DNA from: Candidatus Sungiibacteriota bacterium | Lineage (GTDB): Bacteria; Patescibacteriota; Minisyncoccia; Sungbacterales; HO2-52-23 | Direction: 5' to 3' | Assembly: GCA_016181585.1 (NCBI GenBank) | Contig: JACOYX010000016.1 | Location: 32,467-96,466 of the forward strand | Length of the DNA stretch: 64,000 nucleotides | In this document: positions 9,465 through 15,185 of the stretch, in pieces | Layout: every line of letters begins with the position of its first letter | How positions within the stretch are numbered: the first letter of the stretch is position 1 | Made by a program: the position numbers and the translations under genes | The notes under the pieces: generated by a model | What the model was told of the DNA's origin: nothing | The model's input: the letters and a program-made list of their open reading frames with translations, nothing else | The model's database searches: none

Positions 9465-9494
9465 TTGACAAATATATATTAAATAATATATAGT
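9465..9494 (+). promoter_or_regulatory. Putative promoter of the G-H operon
   Basis: TTGACA at 9465-9470 with TATATA/TATAGT-like -10 candidates 16-18 nt downstream. The exact -10 is ambiguous in this AT-rich stretch. Confidence 0.35.
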
Positions 9495-9539
9495 TTATAG
9501 TAGTTTTATTGACATAAAAATGAGTGAAAGGAGGTCGCT

Positions 9540-10622
9540 TTGTACTTAGGATTACTCATGCTATTTCCTGTGATTGTGGGTGTTAGCGGCTTACTATGGT
9601 CTCGCGGAAAAATATCCATCAAAGAATTTTTTGTTCTGGAAGGATCGTGCTTATTTGTACTTACGATTGGATTTTTTATTGCGCGATTTTCTTCTACCGC
9701 TGATGTGGAAATATGGAGCGGACGCATTACGGCTAAAGAGCGAGTACGAGTAAGCTGTGAACATTCGTATAGCTGTAATCCGCATTCCTGTAATTGTGAT
9801 TCGAAAGGCAATTGCTCCACATGCTATGATACATGCTACGAACATTCCAATGACTGGGATTGGGATATTATTACTTCAAATAGTGAAACAATTACAATTG
9901 ACAGGATTGATAGCCGAGGATCTTACGAGCCACCGCGATGGACTCAAGTATCTATAGGCGAAGCTACGGCACAGGCGCACTATTATGAAAATTATATCAA
10001 AGCGCATCCGGAGTCTATACTCCGCACTCATGGCAATAGAAAAGCCTTTGAGAATCTTATCCCGGAGTATCCGTCCATAATTTATGATTATTATCACAAT
10101 AACCGATTTATCACTGTAGGAATAAGAGAGCCGGAAACAAAATTTTTTAATCGAGCATTGCAAGAGATCAATGCGGATCTTGGGGCTAAGAAAAAAGTAA
10201 ATATTATTGTTGTGGCGGTTAATACCGCCGATTCGGCATATGAGTTTGCGCTTGAGGAGGCGTGGATAGGAGGAAAGAAAAATGATCTGGTGGTGATTCT
10301 TGGCGTTCATGAATATCCAAATATCTCGTGGGTCAGAATTATGTCATGGACGCTTGCGGAAGAGTTGAAAGTTGAACTACGCGATACGTTAATAGACATC
10401 GGTTCAATGAAAAAAAATGATGAATTGCTTCGTGCGATTCGCGATCACGTCGACCGCCAATTTGTACATCGCCACATGAGCGATTTTAAATACCTCATGG
10501 CCGGTGCACAACCGGGTATCACAGGAACAATGATTCTGTTTATTATTGGGGTATCTGCATCAAGCGGACTCGCATATTATTTTTATCGCAACGATCCTTT
10601 TGAATGCAGAAGATACGGATAG
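9540..10622 (+). CDS. Locus protein G: membrane protein with a Cys/His cluster and a TPM-like domain
   Basis: AGGAGG lies 6 nt before TTG 9540 (alternative ATG at 9558). It has two N-terminal TM helices and one C-terminal TM helix, and 7 Cys within aa 73-99. NIIVVAVNTADSAYEFALEEAWIGGKKNDLVVILGV follows the TPM-domain pattern by eye. Confidence 0.65.
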   Translation: MYLGLLMLFPVIVGVSGLLWSRGKISIKEFFVLEGSCLFVLTIGFFIARFSSTADVEIWSGRITAKERVRVSCEHSYSCNPHSCNCDSKGNCSTCYDTCYEHSNDWDWDIITSNSETITIDRIDSRGSYEPPRWTQVSIGEATAQAHYYENYIKAHPESILRTHGNRKAFENLIPEYPSIIYDYYHNNRFITVGIREPETKFFNRALQEINADLGAKKKVNIIVVAVNTADSAYEFALEEAWIGGKKNDLVVILGVHEYPNISWVRIMSWTLAEELKVELRDTLIDIGSMKKNDELLRAIRDHVDRQFVHRHMSDFKYLMAGAQPGITGTMILFIIGVSASSGLAYYFYRNDPFECRRYG

Positions 10623-10699
10623 CGAGCACGGGGTTGGCTTTCGCCGCACTGTTTCAAAGTGCTTTCCCGCAACCTTTAACAAAAAAAATGGAGGGTCAC

Positions 10700-11254
10700 A
10701 TGAAGACACTTGCGATACTCGGAACAATCGGGGTATTGGTCTTATTTTTTGTTGTGGGATATTTTGGATTTCAGAATACTGCAAATGTTCACGAAAACGG
10801 GATTATTGCGCAGTATGATGTTAATAAAAATGTGTATGATAATGGGTGGAAAGAGATAAAAGAAATGGCACAGATACCAGATATGTATACCGGACAGCTG
10901 GAAAAGCTCTACAAAGTAGCGCTGGAAGGACGCTATGGTGCAGATGGGTCAAAAGCAATGATGCAATTTATTCAAGAGCAAAATCCAACGATTGACTCAT
11001 CGCTTTTTAGGCAGATTCAGCAGTCAATTGAAATTTTTCGAAAACGATTTACCGCCGAGCAAACCGCGTTGGTATCAAGAAAACAGGCATATAGAAATTA
11101 TCTCACTGGAACATTCAGCGGCCGTTTATACAACTCGATTGCCGGTGGATATCCAAAAATCGACATGACAAAGTATGATATTGTCACGTCCGATAAGACG
11201 GAGGAAGACTTCGGCACTAAGCGGTCGCGGCCGCTTGATTTTAAGCAAGATTAG
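10700..11254 (+). CDS. Locus protein H: LemA-like single-pass membrane protein
   Basis: GGAGGG precedes ATG 10700. It has an N-terminal TM helix. The C-terminal AYRNYLTGTFSGRLYNSIAGGYP parallels the LemA YN..v..YN....FP....A...GF block. The assignment is tentative. Confidence 0.45.
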   Translation: MKTLAILGTIGVLVLFFVVGYFGFQNTANVHENGIIAQYDVNKNVYDNGWKEIKEMAQIPDMYTGQLEKLYKVALEGRYGADGSKAMMQFIQEQNPTIDSSLFRQIQQSIEIFRKRFTAEQTALVSRKQAYRNYLTGTFSGRLYNSIAGGYPKIDMTKYDIVTSDKTEEDFGTKRSRPLDFKQD

Positions 11255-11309
11255 TTAGCGGCCGGCGTAGAGTGGTTGATAGCTGTAAGCTATAAGTATA
11301 TGCAAATAC

Positions 11310-11340
11310 GGACATCCTAATCAGATGTCCATTTCTTTTT
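11310..11340 (+). terminator. Intrinsic terminator after the LemA-like gene
   Basis: GGACATC-loop-GATGTCC followed by a T-rich run. Confidence 0.65.
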
Positions 11341-11488
11341 ACACCACAAACGTTCTCAAATCCGGGATGTAGATATACTCATTTTGCCTTTCAAAAATGG
11401 TTCCAATATTGTTCACAATACGGAGAAAATAACAGCGAATGCCGGCAATTTTGCCGGCGTTTTAAAATTGACAATTTCTTGTGAAATA

Positions 11489-11671
11489 ATGGGTCTGTTG
11501 CCAAATACCATTCGTTCCGAAAATGATGAATTTCTAGACAAAATTGCTGAACAAACTTTGAGGCCTATCTGGAAGATAAGCTAAAAAGTTTTGAAGCTAT
11601 TTTGGCAGAAATTCATATTTTGGCAGAAATTCATCATTTGCAGGAGAAATGGTATTTGGCAACAGACCCAT
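11489..11671. repeat. Repeat family M, copy 1: 183-bp MITE-like palindromic element
   Basis: Perfect 24-bp terminal inverted repeats (ATGGGTCTGTTGCCAAATACCATT and its reverse complement). The centre is homologous to 18000-18151. An internal 17-bp tandem (ATTTTGGCAGAAATTCA) lies at 11599-11632, two copies abutting without overlap. Confidence 0.85.
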
Positions 11672-11772
11672 AAAAGAACGCTGGCCAAAGGCAGGCATTT
11701 TTATTTTTCTTGACTGTTATCATTAAATAGGGTATAAAGAAAATAGGTCATTACAGAACCGGAGGCAGGTTT

Positions 11773-12078
11773 ATGGAAATTGAAACATTGGAATATATCG
11801 GACAATTTTGGGTGGAGTTTGAGCCTACATTCCAATTAAACGGTTTGGAAAACGTTTCATTTGTTGCGAGCGTGCGAAAAGACACAAATGCTACATTGCT
11901 TCATTTCAAATGGGCGCGCGTGGTTCTACCGCCAGATGCAGATGAATTGAGTTTATATGCCGGAGACATGCAGTATTCTTTGCCGAAAAGCAAAATTGTA
12001 CGAGTTTTTTATCCCGGCGGAATATTTTTTAAACAGCCAGTTCAGCGTAGAGAAGGGGAGACGACTTACATTGGCTAG
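11773..12078 (+). CDS. Hypothetical 101-aa protein
   Basis: GGAGG precedes the ATG. The 3' end overlaps the probable TTG start of the HD hydrolase. Confidence 0.55.
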   Translation: MEIETLEYIGQFWVEFEPTFQLNGLENVSFVASVRKDTNATLLHFKWARVVLPPDADELSLYAGDMQYSLPKSKIVRVFYPGGIFFKQPVQRREGETTYIG

Positions 12079-12700
12079 CATAAATAAATCATTTTCCTTT
12101 CTTGCGGCAGGGGAAAATAGGGAGACTTTTTTTAAACGTATTGAATATTTTTTCCCTTCGCTTGATCCGCGGTATCAGATGATCACAAGAGCGTATGATA
12201 CTTCAAAAGACGCCTTTCACGGAAAGAAGCGGGAAGGCGGAGAGCGGTATTTTGAGCATCTTCGCGCGGTGGCATTAATTCTTATCGACTATCTCCGTGT
12301 TCGCGACTATGAGCTTTTGGTTGCGGCACTTCTCCACGATATTGTCGAGGATATAATGATGTGGAGCGTAGCAAGGGTGCAAAGGGAATTCGGAGACCGC
12401 ATAGCGCTTCTGATACAGTGGTTAAGTAAATCCAGTGCTCTGTTTGATTTGAATGGAGAAAGGGAACATTTATATCACCGGCGATTCCAATTTGCCCCGC
12501 GGGATTTTTTTCTCATAAAACTTGCTGATCGTTGGCACAATCTTTTGACGTTGCATTATTGCTCAAAAGCAAAACAGCGCCGCAAGATTGTGGAAACAAA
12601 ACTGTACTACTTGCCGTATGCGGAAAGGGAATTGATTTTGCTTCATGAGATAGAAGCGGCAATCGATTCAATTGAAAAAACATGGAGCAAGAAACAATAA
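12071..12700 (+). CDS. RelA/SpoT-type HD-domain (p)ppGpp hydrolase-like protein (small alarmone hydrolase-like)
   Basis: YFEHLRAVALIL and LLHDIVEDI match the HD and ED motifs of the RSH hydrolase domain. The start is uncertain: TTG 12071 has GGGGAG upstream, the ORF is open from 11957, and ATG 12179 is an alternative. Confidence 0.65.
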   Translation: MASINKSFSFLAAGENRETFFKRIEYFFPSLDPRYQMITRAYDTSKDAFHGKKREGGERYFEHLRAVALILIDYLRVRDYELLVAALLHDIVEDIMMWSVARVQREFGDRIALLIQWLSKSSALFDLNGEREHLYHRRFQFAPRDFFLIKLADRWHNLLTLHYCSKAKQRRKIVETKLYYLPYAERELILLHEIEAAIDSIEKTWSKKQ

Positions 12701-12724
12701 CCTTGAATACTATAGGTCAACCAG

Positions 12725-12748
12725 AAAGCGGAACCACTCCGCTTTTTA
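12725..12748 (+). terminator. Intrinsic terminator
   Basis: AGCGGA-loop-TCCGCT followed by TTTTT. Confidence 0.6.
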
Positions 12749-12838
12749 TTTTGCTAATTTTTGAAATAAGGTATAATGGCATAAGGTCGAGGGTGACGAG
12801 CAATATTAATTTAAGCAGTAGGTCTAATATCTAAAACT

Positions 12839-13012
12839 ATGGACGAGCAAAAATGCAAAAATTGTCACAAGGACACTATGGGGCACAAATGCGATATGTG
12901 CGGGGAAGAAGCCGAGGCGCACAATGCGGATCATTCCTGTGGCGGAAATCATTGTGTTGGCAAATGCTCCGGATGCAGTGAGGCGGAAACGAACTGTAAA
13001 TGTGAGGCATAG
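12839..13012 (+). CDS. 57-aa Cys/His-rich small protein (putative metal-binding; below the ORF-track cutoff)
   Basis: Hand translation gives MDEQKCKNCHKDTMGHKCDMCGEEAEAHNADHSCGGNHCVGKCSGCSEAETNCKCEA, with 10 Cys arranged as CxxC pairs. It has its own TATAAT box at about 12770 and a terminator at 13028-13056. There is no clear SD. Confidence 0.6.
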   Translation: MDEQKCKNCHKDTMGHKCDMCGEEAEAHNADHSCGGNHCVGKCSGCSEAETNCKCEA

Positions 13013-13027
13013 ACTGCAAGCTAAAGA

Positions 13028-13056
13028 AAAATCCCGGTACGCCGGGACTTTTCTTT
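13028..13056 (+). terminator. Intrinsic terminator
   Basis: TCCCGG-TACG-CCGGGA followed by a T-rich run. Confidence 0.6.
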
Positions 13057-13083
13057 ATATCAACATGCTACTATACTGATCCC

Positions 13084-13314
13084 ATGACGTATACGATCAC
13101 CGTGTTTGCAAAACCGGCGTCGCGGGAAAATAATGTCGAAAAAATCGGCAATGCGGAATTCAGAGTATCCGTGAAGGAGCCGCCGATTCAGGGACGCGCC
13201 AATGCGGCTGTTATCGCGCTCCTTGCAGAATATTTTAATGTTTCGCGCGCGCAAATTCAGATTATCCGCGGGCACGCTTCGCGGGAAAAAATTATTCGTA
13301 TTAGCACACCCTAA
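13084..13314 (+). CDS. DUF167 / YggU-family protein
   Basis: 76 aa. The pattern KPASRENNVEKI...VSVKEPPIQGRANAAVIALLAEYF...IIRGHASREKII is typical of UPF0235/YggU. Confidence 0.7.
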   Translation: MTYTITVFAKPASRENNVEKIGNAEFRVSVKEPPIQGRANAAVIALLAEYFNVSRAQIQIIRGHASREKIIRISTP

Positions 13315-13315
13315 T

Positions 13316-13393
13316 GTGCATACGGTAACTATCTACACCACCCTTTCATGCGTTCATTGCAAAATGGCAAAAGAATTTTTCAAAATTAAATAA
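13316..13393 (+). pseudogene. Glutaredoxin/NrdH-like N-terminal remnant (25 codons)
   Basis: VHTVTIYTTLSCVHCKMAKEFFKIK-stop is the beta1-CxxC-alpha1 start of a glutaredoxin fold and then terminates. Confidence 0.4.
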
Positions 13394-13416
13394 CTATTTT
13401 TCTATAGTCTAAATAT

Positions 13417-13869
13417 ATGAAAACTGGATTGGTGATAGGGAAATTTTATCCGCCGCATAAGGGACATAAATATCTTATCGGTACTGCGGAAAAGGCGGTG
13501 GATCGGCTCATTATTATTGTTTGTGAACGGGATGATCAGAAAATTTCCGGCGATCTGCGCGCCAAGTGGCTTCGCGCAATACACCCGCACGCAGAAGTGC
13601 TCATAGCCGAAGACATTAAAAAAGACAACGATCCCTATGCATGGGCGGAATATATAAAAAAACTTCTCGGGCTTACGCCGGATGTGCTCTTTACTTCCGA
13701 AGATTATGGCGAGCGCTATGCGGGGATTTTAGGATCGCGGCATACAATGGTGGATAGGGAGCGGACTATGGTGCCCATTACTGCCACTGAAATAAGGGAA
13801 AATCCGCTGGAATACAAGGAATACTTGGAACCCTGCGTCTATGAATATTTTCTGAAAAATCGCAACTAA
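13417..13869 (+). CDS. NadR-type nicotinamide-nucleotide adenylyltransferase domain protein (no kinase domain)
   Basis: GKFYPPHKGHKYLI (the GxFxPxHxGH motif) and ITATEIRENP (ISATxIR-like motif). Confidence 0.75.
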   Translation: MKTGLVIGKFYPPHKGHKYLIGTAEKAVDRLIIIVCERDDQKISGDLRAKWLRAIHPHAEVLIAEDIKKDNDPYAWAEYIKKLLGLTPDVLFTSEDYGERYAGILGSRHTMVDRERTMVPITATEIRENPLEYKEYLEPCVYEYFLKNRN

Positions 13870-13978
13870 CGAATAATAATCTTTAACATTAGATATTATT
13901 CACCAAACTCCGCACACGCTCATTGACATATAGATTAAAAAATTGTACTATCGGGGATAGTGAGAAATGGAGGTTTAC

Positions 13979-14590
13979 ATGACAGAAAAAGCCTTTTTTG
14001 ATCCGAAAAAGACAGCGTTTATTATCGTGGATATGCAGAGGGATTTTTGCCGAGGCGGGGCGCTTGCCGTGCCAGAGGCGGATCGTTTAATTAAGCCGAT
14101 AAATCGGTTAAAGCGGCTTTTTCAAAGTCAAGGCGCATTGGTCATGGCCAGCAGATGCTGGCATCCGCAAGAAAGCGTACATTTTGAAGACTTCGCTGTG
14201 CATGGAGTGCAAAATACCAAGGGTGCCGAATTTAATCCCGGGCTTGATCTTGAAGGCGTTATGCTGATTTCTAAGGGTATGGATCCTGCCGAACAAGGCT
14301 TTTCGGTGTTTGACGGCAGGAGCGAAAATGGAAATCCGTTTGATGCTATTCTTGAGTGGAATAAAATTGAGACGGTGCTATTTGGCGGTGTTGCTCTTGA
14401 GTATTGCGTGGCTTCAAGCGTGCGTGATGCTCGTGGGAAAGGGTATCGAGTTGTATTGGTCGAAGACGCGGTGCGCGCCTTTGATCCTAAAAAAAGAATC
14501 GATACTTTGTATGAGATGGTGCATGGCGATGTGGAGCTTGTACAATGCTCCGAAGTAATAAAAAAGTTCTTTCCGAAACCAAAAAAATAA
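13979..14590 (+). CDS. pncA: Nicotinamidase / isochorismatase-family hydrolase
   Basis: FIIVDMQRDFCRGGALAVPEA is a PncA-type N-terminal motif. GGAGG lies 6 nt before ATG 13979. Confidence 0.75.
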   Translation: MTEKAFFDPKKTAFIIVDMQRDFCRGGALAVPEADRLIKPINRLKRLFQSQGALVMASRCWHPQESVHFEDFAVHGVQNTKGAEFNPGLDLEGVMLISKGMDPAEQGFSVFDGRSENGNPFDAILEWNKIETVLFGGVALEYCVASSVRDARGKGYRVVLVEDAVRAFDPKKRIDTLYEMVHGDVELVQCSEVIKKFFPKPKK

Positions 14591-14594
14591 CAAG

Positions 14595-14620
14595 CGGGGA
14601 GCGCGGCAGGCGCCCGCTCC
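14595..14620 (+). terminator. GC-rich hairpin after pncA
   Basis: GGGAGCG-loop-CGCTCCC stem. The T-run is weak. Confidence 0.45.
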
Positions 14621-14790
14621 CTTAGAAACCGTCCAAAAAGTCCATATTCTACTGCAAATCTTTAACTTCGGCTGCAAAACCTTCAGAGTTCGCCAGATTA
14701 TTGTCCTAATAGTCTTTCCACACTCTTCAGGTTTTTCTCTCGAAATTAAAGATTTTCGTAACGAAAGAGACTTTTTAGACGGTTTCTTAG
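14621..14790. repeat. Repeat family T, copy 1: 170-bp element with CTWAGAAACCGTCYAAAAAGTC terminal inverted repeats
   Basis: The arms at 14621-14642 and 14769-14790 pair at 20 of 22 positions. The same arms occur at 46729-46810. The TTTTCGTAACGAAA core lies at 14753-14766. Confidence 0.8.
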
Positions 14791-14911
14791 AGAATTGCCG
14801 CGGAATTTTCGGAGACGTGGTCTCCGAAACATATTCGGCTTCAATTCTCTTCCTCTAATATAAAATATCGGAGGAGGCGTTCTTTACATAAAACCCAAAA
14901 AGGAGAAAAAT

Positions 14912-15175
14912 ATGGCACTTTCCAAGAGAGAATTGGTGGAGAGAGAGAATGCACAAGAGGAGAACAAAATAAAAGAATTGGAGATATTTATTGACGAACA
15001 ACTTCGGAAAAAATTCGAGTTGGATGGCAAAGTAACTATATCTTTTAACCATAGTAGCGGTCAGATGTCCGAACGTCAGATGAACATAATTAAGCGGATA
15101 TATGAATTACCTGAAATTGGCTGGAAAATATCTGTTGAGATTACATCTTGTGATATTATTTTGACTTTCGAATAA
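14912..15175 (+). CDS. Hypothetical 87-aa protein
   Basis: AAGGAG precedes the ATG. The gene sits inside the NAD island. Confidence 0.55.
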   Translation: MALSKRELVERENAQEENKIKELEIFIDEQLRKKFELDGKVTISFNHSSGQMSERQMNIIKRIYELPEIGWKISVEITSCDIILTFE

Positions 15176-15185
15176 GATTTGTAAT

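Noticed and set aside
11384-11584. 66-aa ORF in the track
   Set aside because: It lies across the left arm of the family M palindromic element, has no SD, and its sequence is explained by the repeat.
13202-13315. Longer 63-aa version of the glutaredoxin-like ORF
   Set aside because: It overlaps the DUF167 gene in another frame. Only the last 25 codons look glutaredoxin-like.
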